Shown here piece by piece: positions 1-10,473 of a DNA stretch of 41,977 nt. The position numbers and the translations under genes were made by a program. Positions within the stretch are counted from its first letter, which is position 1. Each line of letters begins with the position of its first letter. The stretch lies in assembly GCA_039809265.1 (NCBI GenBank), contig JBDHUR010000005.1, positions 1 to 41,977 of the forward strand, given 5' to 3'. This DNA is from Minisyncoccia bacterium (GTDB lineage Bacteria > Patescibacteriota > Minisyncoccia > Phycocordibacterales > UBA9973). Below the pieces are notes generated by a model. It saw nothing but the letters and a program-made list of their open reading frames with translations. It made no database searches and was not told where the DNA came from.

Positions 1-429
1 ATGCCAACCATCAATCAGCTCGTAAAAAAGAGCAGGAAAAAAGTTAAGTATAAGTCTAAAGCGGTCGCCCTAGCCCGCGGCTTTAACGCTATTCACAACC
101 GACCGGTCTTTTACCCTGCGCCTTTCAAGCGCGGTGTTTGCTCCAAAGTGACTACTACAACTCCAAAGAAGCCTAACTCAGCCCTACGAAAGATTGCCCG
201 CGTCCGCCTGACAAACGGTATGGAAGTGACTGCTTACATACCAGGTATGGGTCACAATTTGCAGGAGCACTCTGTGGTTATGCTTCGCGGGGGCCGTGTG
301 AAAGACTTGATCGGTGTGCGTTACACTATAGTGCGTGGGCGTTTGGATGCGGCTGGTGTGGACAAGCGACGCCAAGCTCGCTCACGATACGGAGCAAAGC
401 GCCCAAAGGCAGGAGCAGATAAGAAGTAA
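1..429 (+). CDS. rpsL: 30S ribosomal protein S12
   Basis: MPTINQLV start, [24 protein letters not shown] motifs; first gene of str cluster. Confidence 0.99.
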   Translation: MPTINQLVKKSRKKVKYKSKAVALARGFNAIHNRPVFYPAPFKRGVCSKVTTTTPKKPNSALRKIARVRLTNGMEVTAYIPGMGHNLQEHSVVMLRGGRVKDLIGVRYTIVRGRLDAAGVDKRRQARSRYGAKRPKAGADKK

Positions 430-434
430 TATTT

Positions 435-902
435 ATGCGAAGAAAGATAAAGAAAAAGAATATAGTCAGGGCAGATATGGTGTATAACTCCGAGCGCCTT
501 GCAAAGTTTATAAACAACCTTATGTGGGACGGCAAGAAAGAAACTGCTCGCAAAGTAGTTTACTCTGCACTTACACTCATAAAGGAAAAAACAACTCTTG
601 ATCCGATAGAGGTTTTTGATCTAGCAGTAAAAAATGCCGGTCCTTTGACCGAGGTTCGCTCTCGCCGTATCGGCGGAGCAAACTACCAAGTTCCTCGCGA
701 AGTTCGTCCAGAGCGCCGACAAGCGTTGGCTTTCCGATGGATTTTGGCAGCTGCTCGCTCAAAGAAGGGTCAACCTATGCACATAAAGCTTGCTGAAGAA
801 CTTATCTTGGCTTCCAAGAATGAAGGCGCAGCGGTGAAGAAGCGTGAAGATACACACAAGATGGCAGAGTCAAACAAGGCTTTTGCTCACTTCGCTTGGT
901 AA
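435..902 (+). CDS. rpsG: 30S ribosomal protein S7
   Basis: RRIGGANYQVP and KREDTHKMAESNKAFAHF motifs; follows rpsL. Confidence 0.99.
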   Translation: MRRKIKKKNIVRADMVYNSERLAKFINNLMWDGKKETARKVVYSALTLIKEKTTLDPIEVFDLAVKNAGPLTEVRSRRIGGANYQVPREVRPERRQALAFRWILAAARSKKGQPMHIKLAEELILASKNEGAAVKKREDTHKMAESNKAFAHFAW

Positions 903-975
903 AAATTACTTTGTAATTTTTACCCTGATGGAATCGAAGGGCTATTTATTATAAGTAGGAATTTATTTTTTAAAT

Positions 976-3117
976 ATGGAAAGAGACTATCCACTAGAGA
1001 AAGTTCGAAATTTCGGTATCATCGCGCACATAGATGCGGGTAAGACTACTACTTCAGAGCGTGTTCTTTACTATACAGGTATGAGCCACAAGATCGGCGA
1101 AGTGCACGATGGCGAGGCTACTACAGACTGGATGGAGCAGGAAAAGGAGCGAGGTATTACTATAACCTCTGCGGCTATTACTTGCTTCTGGACACCTACA
1201 TATGCGCTCACTGACAAGACTAAAAAGCATCGTTTCAATATTATAGATACTCCTGGACACATAGACTTTACTGTAGAGGTGAAGCGTTCTCTTCGCGTGC
1301 TAGACGGCGCGGTGGTGGTATTTGACGGTGTGGCTGGAGTAGAACCGCAATCAGAGACGAACTGGCGCTATGCCGATGAAGCAATGGTGCCTCGTATCTG
1401 CTTTGTAAACAAGCTAGACCGCACGGGTGCGTCTTTTGAGCACTCATACAAGACCATTCTTGATCGTCTTTCTAAGAAAGCTATTCGAGCGCAAATTCCG
1501 ATCGGTGCAGAAGATAAATTTGAGGGAGTCATAGACTTGCTTGGAATGAAGGCTTACTACTTTGAAGGTGCGATGGGAGAAAAAGTTATAGAAAAAGAAA
1601 TCCCAGAAAACTTGAAAGCTGATGCAGAGAAATACCACGGAGAGCTAGTGGAAAAAATAGTGGAGCAAGACGATGTGGTAATGAATGCATATCTTGAAGG
1701 CAATGTGCCAGATGTTGGAACTTTGAAAAAACTTTTGCGCAAAGGCGTGATCGCAAACGAAATCTTCCCAGTATTTACAGGTACAGCACTGAAGAATAAG
1801 GGAGTACAGCTTGTGCTTGATGCTGTCGTGGACTATTTGCCTTCACCTACAGATATTCCTCCAGTAAAAGGTATAAACCCAGACACTGAAGTTGAAATAG
1901 AACGCAAGGCTTCGGATGCAGAACCTTTTTCTGCACTTGCTTTCAAGGTTGCTACAGACCCGTTTGTCGGACAGCTTATCTTCTTTAGAGTATATTCAGG
2001 ATCACTGGCTGCTGGCTCGTATATATACAACCCTCGTACAAGGAACAAAGAGCGTATTGGACGCATACTTCGTATGCATGCCAACGAGCGTGAAGAAGTG
2101 AAGAAAGTTTTTGCCGGCGAGATTGCTGCTGCGGTTGGGTTGAAAGACACCATAACTTCAGACACTTTGTGCGATGAGAACAATCCGATAGAACTCGACC
2201 GCATAGTTTTTCCAGAGCCTGTTATCTCTTTGCGTATTGAGCCGAAGACAAAGGCAGACCAAGAAAAAATGGGAATGGCTTTGAACCGCTTGGCGCAAGA
2301 AGATCCTACATTTCGTGTTACCTCAGATCAAGAGACAAACGAAACTATCATCTCAGGCATGGGAGAGCTTCACCTTGAGATTATTGTAGATCGCATGAAG
2401 CGAGAGTTTAACGTAGAAGCAAATGTTGGCAAGCCGCAGGTTGCTTATAGGGAGACTATCTTGGGAGAATCGGAAGCAGAAGGAAAATATATCAAGCAGT
2501 CTGGTGGTAAGGGTAACTATGGTCATGTGCGTATTCGAGTAAAGCCGATAGACTACTCAATACCAGTTGAAGACCTGCCAAAGTCTGTAAAGCGTGATGG
2601 ATTCTTTGAGTTCTCAAACACTATAAAAGGTGGATCAATACCACAAGAGTTTATCCCTGCTTGCGAGAAAGGATTTAAGGAAGGCTTGGACCGTGGCGTA
2701 GTAGCTGGATTCAAAATGGTAAACGTTTCTGTAGAACTTTATGACGGTTCTTATCATGAAGTAGACTCTAATGAAATGGCGTTCAAGATAGCTTCCTCCA
2801 TGGCTGTACAAGATGCCGCAAAACGCGCTCGCCCAGTTATACTTGAGCCGATGATGAAGGTAGAGGTCGTGACCCCAGAAAAATTCATGGGAGACGTGAC
2901 TGGCAACCTTTCTGCAAAGCGAGGACTTATAGAAGGCATGGAAGATCGAGGTATGAACAAAGTCGTAAATGCAGTTGTGCCTTTGTCTGAAATGTTTGGC
3001 TACATGACAAGCTTGCGCTCTATGACAGAAGGTCGCGCTGGGTTCACTATGGAATTCTTGCGTTACGATGTTGTGCCTCAAAATGTTGCAGACGAAATAG
3101 TAAAATCTCGCGGATAA
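976..3117 (+). CDS. fusA: Elongation factor G
   Basis: [31 protein letters not shown] motifs; 713 aa. Confidence 0.99.
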   Translation: MERDYPLEKVRNFGIIAHIDAGKTTTSERVLYYTGMSHKIGEVHDGEATTDWMEQEKERGITITSAAITCFWTPTYALTDKTKKHRFNIIDTPGHIDFTVEVKRSLRVLDGAVVVFDGVAGVEPQSETNWRYADEAMVPRICFVNKLDRTGASFEHSYKTILDRLSKKAIRAQIPIGAEDKFEGVIDLLGMKAYYFEGAMGEKVIEKEIPENLKADAEKYHGELVEKIVEQDDVVMNAYLEGNVPDVGTLKKLLRKGVIANEIFPVFTGTALKNKGVQLVLDAVVDYLPSPTDIPPVKGINPDTEVEIERKASDAEPFSALAFKVATDPFVGQLIFFRVYSGSLAAGSYIYNPRTRNKERIGRILRMHANEREEVKKVFAGEIAAAVGLKDTITSDTLCDENNPIELDRIVFPEPVISLRIEPKTKADQEKMGMALNRLAQEDPTFRVTSDQETNETIISGMGELHLEIIVDRMKREFNVEANVGKPQVAYRETILGESEAEGKYIKQSGGKGNYGHVRIRVKPIDYSIPVEDLPKSVKRDGFFEFSNTIKGGSIPQEFIPACEKGFKEGLDRGVVAGFKMVNVSVELYDGSYHEVDSNEMAFKIASSMAVQDAAKRARPVILEPMMKVEVVTPEKFMGDVTGNLSAKRGLIEGMEDRGMNKVVNAVVPLSEMFGYMTSLRSMTEGRAGFTMEFLRYDVVPQNVADEIVKSRG

Positions 3118-3129
3118 AAGATCAAATAA

Positions 3130-3166
3130 AATCCAGCCCCGCCTGCGTAGCAGGCGGGGCTGGATT
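3130..3166 (+). terminator. Perfect 17-bp GC-rich hairpin after fusA (probable intrinsic terminator)
   Basis: AATCCAGCCCCGCCTGC-GTA-GCAGGCGGGGCTGGATT followed by GTTT. Confidence 0.75.
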
Positions 3167-3215
3167 GTTTCTGTGGATTTGTTTTCTATATCTTGTGGTA
3201 TACTTGTAATACAAG

Positions 3216-6200
3216 ATGAAACATATCTGGAACAAAACTATAGCGATAGTGGCGGTTGTTGCTGGTATAGTGATTTTAGTTTTTAATGCAATATCTCCTG
3301 CTTGGGCGAGTTTTGCAGCAACAGATATTTTAGGACAGCTCAATGGAGTAGGTAACCCAAATTTTAATCAGTTTTCTATTAATTCTGGTCAAGCAGGAAC
3401 TGTTGATTATGGGCTCAATTCACCATCTGCGATTGTTTTAGACAAAGACAATCATAGGCTTTTTGTTGCAGATCGTAATAATAACAGAGTTTTAGTTTTT
3501 TTGTTAAATACCGATAATGATATTGTTAGTCATCATGCTGATTATGTTATCGGCCAGCCAGATTTTGTTTCAAGCGATGAAAATCAAGGTGGACTACCTG
3601 CTGCAAATACATTAAAAAATCCATCAGGTCTTTCTTATACTAATGGTGGGCAAAAACTTTTTGTTTCCGATACAGGAAATAATCGCGTTCTTATTTTTAA
3701 TGTTACCACCATAACAAACAATATGTCAGCATATGAAGTTATTGGTCAACCAGATTTTATTTCCAATACAGCGAACCAAGGTGTTAGCCAAAATGCTCAA
3801 ACTTTATATACTCCAGTAGGAATAGATTATGATGAGATTAAAAATTATTTATATGTTGCAGACTTTAATAATGACAGGGTCTTGGTGTTTGATCTTTCTG
3901 TGCCTGGAAATAATAGATCTGCTATTTATGTACTTGGCAAACCGACAATGACAACAGTTCAGCCTGGTTTTGCTTCCCAAACAAGGTTTAATAAACCTCG
4001 CGATGTTAGTTTTGATCCATTAAACGAGAGACTTTTTGTTGCAGATTATCAAAATAGAAGAGTTGTGGTGTTTGATGTTCGTGCAGCAGGATCTACTTCA
4101 AATGTACTGTGTCCGCTTATTCCACCAGCTCAGGCTACTACTGGTCTTGCAGATGGTATGCCTGGTTCTTGTCGTATCGGTCAGCCAAACTGGACTACAA
4201 ATATTGGCGGAAACACAGCCTACAATTTTCAGCATATTTTTGGGGTTGAATATGATGATAATAAACAGTTGCTATACACAGTGGACCAAACTAGCCGCCT
4301 GCTTGTGTTTGATGTTTCTACTATAGAAGATTATCCAAAGAATGCTGTTTCAGTTTTTGGTCAGCCAAACTTTACTAGTGCCGGTAATGTAGATCATTCC
4401 GCAACTGGTTTATATAACCCTTTAGGGGCTGTTCTGAATCCAGTAGATGGATCATTCTATATAGCTGATACCAGTAATCATCGTGTTCTAAAGTATGAAT
4501 TCGTATCTATTACAACAAACTCTATGCCAAATGGAACTGTCGGTTTTTATTACAGTGAACCCATAAGTTATATTGACTCCCAAGGAATTGTTTCTATGGA
4601 GATAGTTTCAGGGTCTTTACCTCCTGGACTAACACTTTCCGGTACATCTATAACAGGTACGCCTACTGTGCCGGGGGTGTATGATTTTTTTGTACGGGCG
4701 GTAGATGATTCTGGTGGCTCGGGTACTTTTTATTCACAAACAATAAAGTTTACAATAACCGTTGATTTACTGCCGGCAGGTGTAACTGTGGGTGCTGTAT
4801 CTGGAGATACGACAGAAGGGGGGAGTACTTCAACCTTCTCTTTAGTTTTAAATTCTCCAACATTAGCTGGACAAGATGTAACAATAAACCTTTCCTCAGG
4901 AGATCCAACGGAAGGCACCATTTCTCCTTCATCCGTCACATTCACTGCCGCAAACTGGGATATTCCACAGACTGTTACAATAACAGGTGTAGATGACTTG
5001 ATAGCTGATGGAAATGTTTACTACTCTATTATTACAGGCAATACTATCAGTACTTATTCTGAATATGATAATTTGGCTGTGCCTGATGTTTTTCTATACA
5101 ACATAGACGATGATATTCCAAATTATTTACCGTCTGCTATTTCAGGGCATACCACAGAAGCTCTAGGCACAGCGACATTTACTTTCAAACTAGCTACTCA
5201 GCCGACAGGAGATGTTGTAATCCCTCTGTCTTCAAGTGACCCAACAGAAGGAACTGTTTCTCCTTCATCTTTAACTTTTACAACTTCTAACTGGAACATA
5301 AACCAAACCGTTACAGTCACTGGTGTTGATGACAATATAGATGATGGAGATGTCCCTTATTCTGTTATCACAGGAACAGCTGTAACCTCAGATAGTGTAT
5401 ATGCAGCTTTAACTACACCTGATATAACAGTAATAAATGACGATGATGATGATACTGTCGGAGTAACGGTTAGTGAGATTTCAAATAACACCTCTGAATC
5501 AGGAGACGCTGCAACATTTTCTGTTGTATTAAATTCAGAACCACTAGATGATGTGACCATAAGTTTAATGTCTAGCGACACTTCTGAGGGAGTAATTTCT
5601 ATTTCTTCTCTAATTTTTACTACAACAAATTGGAATATCCCGCAAGTTGTAACTGTTACAGGTGTAGATGATTCTATATATGATGGAGATGTTTCTTATT
5701 CTATTATTACAGGAGATTCTGTAAGTTTGGACCCCGGCTATAGTGGTATGATTGTAGATGATGTTTTAGCTCTAAACCTAGATAACGATCCTCCGCCACC
5801 ACCAGGAGGAGGTGTGGTGATTATTGAAAATTTTGATTTGCAAGTTATACGCCAAACAACTCCAACAACTGCTGATTTACGATTTATAATTTCTTCGGCT
5901 GGCGGTGGAAGTAATACAACTTGGCTTATGGTTTATTCCACAGATTCAAGTGCTTTAGCGACTATGACAAAAGTGCCTTGGGTTCCGCAAATGTATAACG
6001 TGACAATACCGCGCGGAGCACGGTATGTATATGCACAGTACTTTGATGCAAATGATCCAAATCATAAAAGCCAAGTACTTAGTCGTCCACTACAAACATT
6101 TGAACAAACAAATACAGAGACGCAAAACTTTGATCCTTCTACTTGTACACCGTATATAAACTCATATATGAGTTTGGGTGGGGCAAATAACTCTTTAGAA

Positions 6201-6710
6201 GTTGTAAAACTTCAGACTTTTTTAAGAGACGAAGAAGGCTTTAGTAATGTGCGTGTTAATGGTGTATATGATAGAGCAACATACAATGCGGTTGTGAATT
6301 TTCAAGAAAGATATTTTAGTGATGTACTAGCTCCGTGGTTCAACCAGCATGGTACGGGCAGAGTGTTTGTAACAACCAAGAAAAAGATAAACGAGATACA
6401 TTGCGCTCGCATCTCCAAGCCGGTAAATGAATGCAGGTATTTTACGGAGTATGCACGTCTTGGTGGAGAAAATAACCCGGAAGAAGTGCAGAAAATTCGT
6501 TCCTTCTTGCAAAATGAGATGTTCTTAACAGGAGATTCTTCAACTTCTGGTCTATACGATGACTTGCTAAGCGATGCAGTACGCAGGTTCCAAGCAAAAT
6601 ACAGCGGAGATATTGTAGATCCATGGGGGCAGAGGAATGCCGAGTCCTCTGGCTGGTGGTACATAACAACTCAAGCAAAAGCGAACCAAATATACTGCTC
6701 AAGCTCCTAA
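3216..6710 (+). CDS. Large secreted/surface protein: signal peptide, NHL-repeat beta-propeller, He_PIG-like Ig domain, three Calx-beta/Ig-like repeats, two C-terminal peptidoglycan-binding-like domains
   Basis: N-terminal K+hydrophobic signal; repeated LFVAD-x-NNRVLVF and GQPDF/GQPNF motifs; GSLPPGLTLS-GT-ITGTPT; 3x TEG...FT..NW.IPQTVT.TGVDD; 2x V..LQ/I..FL...G.YD..T..AV..FQ. Confidence 0.85.
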   Translation: MKHIWNKTIAIVAVVAGIVILVFNAISPAWASFAATDILGQLNGVGNPNFNQFSINSGQAGTVDYGLNSPSAIVLDKDNHRLFVADRNNNRVLVFLLNTDNDIVSHHADYVIGQPDFVSSDENQGGLPAANTLKNPSGLSYTNGGQKLFVSDTGNNRVLIFNVTTITNNMSAYEVIGQPDFISNTANQGVSQNAQTLYTPVGIDYDEIKNYLYVADFNNDRVLVFDLSVPGNNRSAIYVLGKPTMTTVQPGFASQTRFNKPRDVSFDPLNERLFVADYQNRRVVVFDVRAAGSTSNVLCPLIPPAQATTGLADGMPGSCRIGQPNWTTNIGGNTAYNFQHIFGVEYDDNKQLLYTVDQTSRLLVFDVSTIEDYPKNAVSVFGQPNFTSAGNVDHSATGLYNPLGAVLNPVDGSFYIADTSNHRVLKYEFVSITTNSMPNGTVGFYYSEPISYIDSQGIVSMEIVSGSLPPGLTLSGTSITGTPTVPGVYDFFVRAVDDSGGSGTFYSQTIKFTITVDLLPAGVTVGAVSGDTTEGGSTSTFSLVLNSPTLAGQDVTINLSSGDPTEGTISPSSVTFTAANWDIPQTVTITGVDDLIADGNVYYSIITGNTISTYSEYDNLAVPDVFLYNIDDDIPNYLPSAISGHTTEALGTATFTFKLATQPTGDVVIPLSSSDPTEGTVSPSSLTFTTSNWNINQTVTVTGVDDNIDDGDVPYSVITGTAVTSDSVYAALTTPDITVINDDDDDTVGVTVSEISNNTSESGDAATFSVVLNSEPLDDVTISLMSSDTSEGVISISSLIFTTTNWNIPQVVTVTGVDDSIYDGDVSYSIITGDSVSLDPGYSGMIVDDVLALNLDNDPPPPPGGGVVIIENFDLQVIRQTTPTTADLRFIISSAGGGSNTTWLMVYSTDSSALATMTKVPWVPQMYNVTIPRGARYVYAQYFDANDPNHKSQVLSRPLQTFEQTNTETQNFDPSTCTPYINSYMSLGGANNSLEVVKLQTFLRDEEGFSNVRVNGVYDRATYNAVVNFQERYFSDVLAPWFNQHGTGRVFVTTKKKINEIHCARISKPVNECRYFTEYARLGGENNPEEVQKIRSFLQNEMFLTGDSSTSGLYDDLLSDAVRRFQAKYSGDIVDPWGQRNAESSGWWYITTQAKANQIYCSSS
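4779..5789 (+). repeat. Three tandem ~112-aa Calx-beta/Ig-like repeats inside the surface protein
   Basis: Aligned motifs SGxTTE, DVTI.LSS.DPTEG, NW.IPQ.VT.TGVDD..DGDV.YS.ITG, ending in acidic DDD; DNA diverged at wobble sites. Confidence 0.85.
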
Positions 6711-6741
6711 AATCCTTGTAAAATAAAGACGAAATTAAACA

Positions 6742-6770
6742 TTGACTTTATAGTTTATATATGATATACT
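6742..6770 (+). promoter_or_regulatory. sigma70-type promoter for the 64-aa gene
   Basis: TTGACT-17bp-TATACT with extended TG. Confidence 0.75.
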
Positions 6771-6799
6771 TTCCCTAGAAACTTCAAAAACATCATAAT

Positions 6800-6994
6800 A
6801 TGGCTAAATTTAAGAATTTCCGGATTGACTACATTTTGGTCCCTATCTTGGTTCCGGCAGTGTTTTACACAGTTACTATTATCTTTGCGGATATATTCAG
6901 CAAATCGCATTGCCCGCAACTGTTTACTGTGCTGATTGTTGCATTCTTTGTTATGCTTTGCTTGCGTTTTGGCAGGCATGAGAAAAAGGCTTAA
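6800..6994 (+). CDS. Small two-TM membrane protein (64 aa), unknown function
   Basis: Two hydrophobic stretches, basic termini; bracketed by its own promoter and terminator. Confidence 0.65.
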   Translation: MAKFKNFRIDYILVPILVPAVFYTVTIIFADIFSKSHCPQLFTVLIVAFFVMLCLRFGRHEKKA

Positions 6995-7009
6995 AATTAA
7001 GCAGAAAGT

Positions 7010-7042
7010 AAAATCCCCCATTTTCATAGATGGGGGATTTTT
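7010..7042 (+). terminator. Intrinsic terminator
   Basis: AAAATCCCCCAT-8nt-ATGGGGGATTTT plus T run. Confidence 0.8.
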
Positions 7043-7061
7043 GTGTAAACTTTATGCCCCC

Positions 7062-7090
7062 TTTACAAAAATTTTGCTATCTGCTACTAT
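7062..7090 (+). promoter_or_regulatory. Promoter for the tuf-rpsJ...rplB unit
   Basis: TTTACA-17bp-TACTAT with extended TG; ~155-nt leader to tuf. Confidence 0.7.
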
Positions 7091-7250
7091 GGCTTCAAGC
7101 GCTCTATGCGTTTTTTATTTAGGTTAGTAAGGAGGGTTGAGGGACAGTCTCGTATCTTCGCCTCTCATTATTAGCAAATTTATTTATAAGCTTAATTGTT
7201 CTTTGCTTAAGGTCCTTACCGGGACCCGCTGAGCTCGGAAAAAATTATAT

Positions 7251-8450
7251 ATGGCAGATGTATTTAAGAGAGATAAGCCTCACATCAATGTGGGCACAAT
7301 CGGTCACGTTGACCATGGTAAGACCACTTTAACAGCGGCTATTTTGAACGTTCTCGGCCGACAGGGCGGAGGATATTCTGCAAAAATAAAGGGTGTTGAC
7401 GGTATTGACAACGCTCCAGAAGAAAAAGCTCGTGGTATCACGATCGCTCTTTCTCACAATGAATATGAAACTCCTACTAGACACTATGCTCACATAGATG
7501 CTCCTGGTCACGCAGATTACATCAAAAACATGATTACTGGTGCGGCCCAGATGGACGGCGCTATCATCGTGGTAGCAGCTACAGACGGTGTGATGCCCCA
7601 GACCAGAGAGCACATCTTGCTTGCAAAGCAGGTTGGTGTGCCAAAGATTATCGTATTCTTGAACAAGTGCGACATGGTGGATGATCCAGATCTTATAGAT
7701 CTTGTGGAAGAAGAAGTTCGTGAACTCCTTACAAAGCAAGGTTTTGATGGCAAGGATGCTCCGGTTATACGCGGTTCAGGTCTCAAGGCTCTTGAGTCCG
7801 CAAACAACGATGACGAATGGGCAAAGAAGATACTAGATCTTGCAAACGCTCTAGATACTTATATCCCAGTTCCAGAGCGAGACACAGCAAAGCCTTTCCT
7901 TATGCCTATCGAAGACATCTTCTCTATTGAAGGACGCGGTACTGTGGTTACAGGTAAGATTGAGCGCGGTATCGTAAAGGTGGGTGAAGAAGTTGAAATT
8001 GTTGGTATCAAAGATACTTCCAAGACTACTGTTACAGGTATAGAAATGTTTAACAAGCAGCTTACAGAAGGTATGGCTGGAGACAATGCCGGTATCTTGC
8101 TTCGCGGCGTAAAGAAAGAAGATATTACTCGCGGACAGGTGCTTGCAAAGACAGGCACAGTTACTCCTCATTCAGAATTTGAATGTGAGGTTTACATCTT
8201 GAAAAAGGAAGAGGGCGGACGTCACACCCCATTCTTCAATGGCTACAAGCCTCAGTTCTATGTAAGAACTACAGATGTGACCGGTGAAGTAACTCTTGCT
8301 CAGGGTGTAGAAATGGTAATGCCTGGTGATACTGCTACTTTCGGAGTTAAGTTGGTTACACCTGTCGCTCTTGAAGAAAAGATGCGTTTCGCTATCCGCG
8401 AAGGCGGCAAGACTGTCGGCGCAGGAGTTGTTACAAAGATAGTAAAATAG
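7251..8450 (+). CDS. tuf: Elongation factor Tu
   Basis: [31 protein letters not shown] motifs. Confidence 0.99.
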   Translation: MADVFKRDKPHINVGTIGHVDHGKTTLTAAILNVLGRQGGGYSAKIKGVDGIDNAPEEKARGITIALSHNEYETPTRHYAHIDAPGHADYIKNMITGAAQMDGAIIVVAATDGVMPQTREHILLAKQVGVPKIIVFLNKCDMVDDPDLIDLVEEEVRELLTKQGFDGKDAPVIRGSGLKALESANNDDEWAKKILDLANALDTYIPVPERDTAKPFLMPIEDIFSIEGRGTVVTGKIERGIVKVGEEVEIVGIKDTSKTTVTGIEMFNKQLTEGMAGDNAGILLRGVKKEDITRGQVLAKTGTVTPHSEFECEVYILKKEEGGRHTPFFNGYKPQFYVRTTDVTGEVTLAQGVEMVMPGDTATFGVKLVTPVALEEKMRFAIREGGKTVGAGVVTKIVK

Positions 8451-8475
8451 TTTTATTATCTCGCTAAGCTAAAAT

Positions 8476-8847
8476 ATGGCAACTACAAAAGCTAAAAAAA
8501 CTACAAAAACAAAAGCTAAAGCAAAGTCTACTGAGGAAGGCGCTGTAAAGTTGCGCATACGAGTTCGGGCCTACGAGAACAAGATTTTGGATGCGTCGGT
8601 TAAGCAGATTATGGATACTGCGCTACGTCATGATGCCAAAATCATGGGCCCAACTCCGCTTCCCACAGAGATCAAGAAATACACTGTAAACCGCTCCCCA
8701 TTCATTTATAAAAACACTCGCGAGCAGTTTGAGATACGTACTCACAGGAGGGTGATAGATATCTTGAACCCAAGCGCAAAAACCATAGAGTCTCTGACAA
8801 ACATGAGCTTGCCTTCCGGTGTGGATATAGATGTGAAGATGATGTAA
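8476..8847 (+). CDS. rpsJ: 30S ribosomal protein S10 (K/T/A-rich N-terminal extension)
   Basis: LRIRVRAY, GPTPLPT, REQFEIRTHRR, LPSGVDI. Confidence 0.98.
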   Translation: MATTKAKKTTKTKAKAKSTEEGAVKLRIRVRAYENKILDASVKQIMDTALRHDAKIMGPTPLPTEIKKYTVNRSPFIYKNTREQFEIRTHRRVIDILNPSAKTIESLTNMSLPSGVDIDVKMM

Positions 8848-8871
8848 TTGTTGGAATTTAAGCAATACCGT

Positions 8872-9486
8872 ATGAAATTTATTCTTGGAACAAAACAGCA
8901 TATGACGCAATACTTTGACGAAGATGGACGAGCTTTTGCTGCGACTTTAGTTTCTGCTGGTCCAGTAAAGGTAGTCGCGTTGAAAAATGCGGACAAAGAT
9001 GGCTATGAAAGCGTGCAGGTTGCTTATGGTAACCAGAAAAAGGAACGTGTTGCCAAACCCCAAAGCGGTCTTTTCAAAGACATGGGTTCCTTCCGACACA
9101 TCAAGGAATATCGCTTGAAAAATGGCGACAAGTCAGAGCTTGCTGTCGGTGACACAGTAGATGCTTCTGTCTTTGCAACAGGAGACAAAGTAACTGTGAC
9201 TGCGGTCTCAAAAGGAAAAGGATTCCAGGGTGTGGTAAAGCGATATAACTTCGGCGGCGGACCTAGGTCACACGGACAGAAGCACTCTGAGCGCGAGCCT
9301 GGATCTATCGGCGGCGGTCTGCGTACTCGCGTACCAAAGGGTATGCGTATGGCAGGACGCACTGGTTCAGATACTATAACCATCAGAAACTTGAAAGTTC
9401 TTAATGTCGACACAGAGAACAATATGTTAGTTATCAAAGGCGCAATTCCAGGACGAAAAGGAACACTTGTGTCAATAAAAGCGTAA
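8872..9486 (+). CDS. rplC: 50S ribosomal protein L3
   Basis: SKGKGFQGVVKR, GPRSHG, MAGR; ATG at 8872 preferred over TTG at 8848. Confidence 0.97.
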   Translation: MKFILGTKQHMTQYFDEDGRAFAATLVSAGPVKVVALKNADKDGYESVQVAYGNQKKERVAKPQSGLFKDMGSFRHIKEYRLKNGDKSELAVGDTVDASVFATGDKVTVTAVSKGKGFQGVVKRYNFGGGPRSHGQKHSEREPGSIGGGLRTRVPKGMRMAGRTGSDTITIRNLKVLNVDTENNMLVIKGAIPGRKGTLVSIKA

Positions 9487-9487
9487 T

Positions 9488-10150
9488 ATGGAAGCAAAAG
9501 TATACAACCAAAATGGCAAAGACGCCGGAACAATATCGCTACCTGAGAAAGTTTTTGGCTTAAAGTGGAATGCAGACTTGGTGCATCAAGTTGTTGAAGG
9601 CATGCGCTCGAACAAACGTGCTGGCACTGCAGATACGAAAGGCCGCAGCGAAGTTGCGGGAGGCGGTAAAAAGCCTTGGAAGCAGAAAGGTACTGGACGT
9701 GCTAGGCATGGATCTATTCGCAGCCCTCTATGGAAAGGCGGTGGAACAACACATGGACCTCTTGCTGAGAAAGACTATTCAAAGAAGATAAACAAAAAGA
9801 TGCGTGCAAAGGCGCTATTTACGGTACTTTCAGAAAAGTATAGGAATGGCCAAGTGCTTTTTGTGGATTCTATTTCAATGAAAGCAATAAAGACGAAGGA
9901 TGCAAAAGCCATTGTTTCTTCCTGGTCTTCTGTTCCTGGATTTGAGAAGATAACAAGCCGCAAGAAAAATGCTATCCGCATAGCTTTGTCTGGTAAGAAC
10001 AACGAAGTTGAAAAGAGTTTCGCAAACCTTCCGACGGTGACTATGGAGTACGTTCAAAACCTAAATCCTTTGGATGTTCTTTCAAATACATACCTTATTA
10101 TCACTGAGCCGAAAGCAAGTATTGAGTTTTTGGAAAATAGACTAGCATAA
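9488..10150 (+). CDS. rplD: 50S ribosomal protein L4
   Basis: KPWKQKGTGRARHGSIRSP motif. Confidence 0.98.
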   Translation: MEAKVYNQNGKDAGTISLPEKVFGLKWNADLVHQVVEGMRSNKRAGTADTKGRSEVAGGGKKPWKQKGTGRARHGSIRSPLWKGGGTTHGPLAEKDYSKKINKKMRAKALFTVLSEKYRNGQVLFVDSISMKAIKTKDAKAIVSSWSSVPGFEKITSRKKNAIRIALSGKNNEVEKSFANLPTVTMEYVQNLNPLDVLSNTYLIITEPKASIEFLENRLA

Positions 10151-10154
10151 ATAT

Positions 10155-10457
10155 ATGGCAACAAATCCACTACAAAAAAAGACTGATCTCGGTGTTTACA
10201 TAACTCGTCCGCGTGTGACAGAGAAGGCTACGGATGTAGCAGAGGCAAATGTTTACACTTTTGATATATCTCCAAAAGCTACGAAGCTTGAAATAGCTCG
10301 CGAAATAAGGTCTTTGTATAAAGTCATACCTCTAAAAATAAACGTAGCTACTGTAAAGAACAAAAAGGTAATGTGGCGCGGCAAGCCAGGGGTAAAATCT
10401 GGCGGCCGCAAAGCTTATGTTTATCTGAAAAAGGGTGACAAGATAGACCTTGTATAA
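10155..10457 (+). CDS. rplW: 50S ribosomal protein L23
   Basis: P.VTEKA, ATK.EI, RKAYVYL. Confidence 0.96.
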   Translation: MATNPLQKKTDLGVYITRPRVTEKATDVAEANVYTFDISPKATKLEIAREIRSLYKVIPLKINVATVKNKKVMWRGKPGVKSGGRKAYVYLKKGDKIDLV

Positions 10458-10473
10458 TATTTAGAAACTTTTT

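Noticed and set aside
922-943. Small hairpin in the rpsG-fusA spacer as an S7 regulatory site
   Set aside because: Short, weak stem with no diagnostic features; cannot be supported without comparative data.
4779-5789. CRISPR array or DGR template/variable repeats
   Set aside because: Repeats are in-frame protein domain repeats diverged at wobble sites; no spacer pattern, cas or reverse transcriptase gene in the window.
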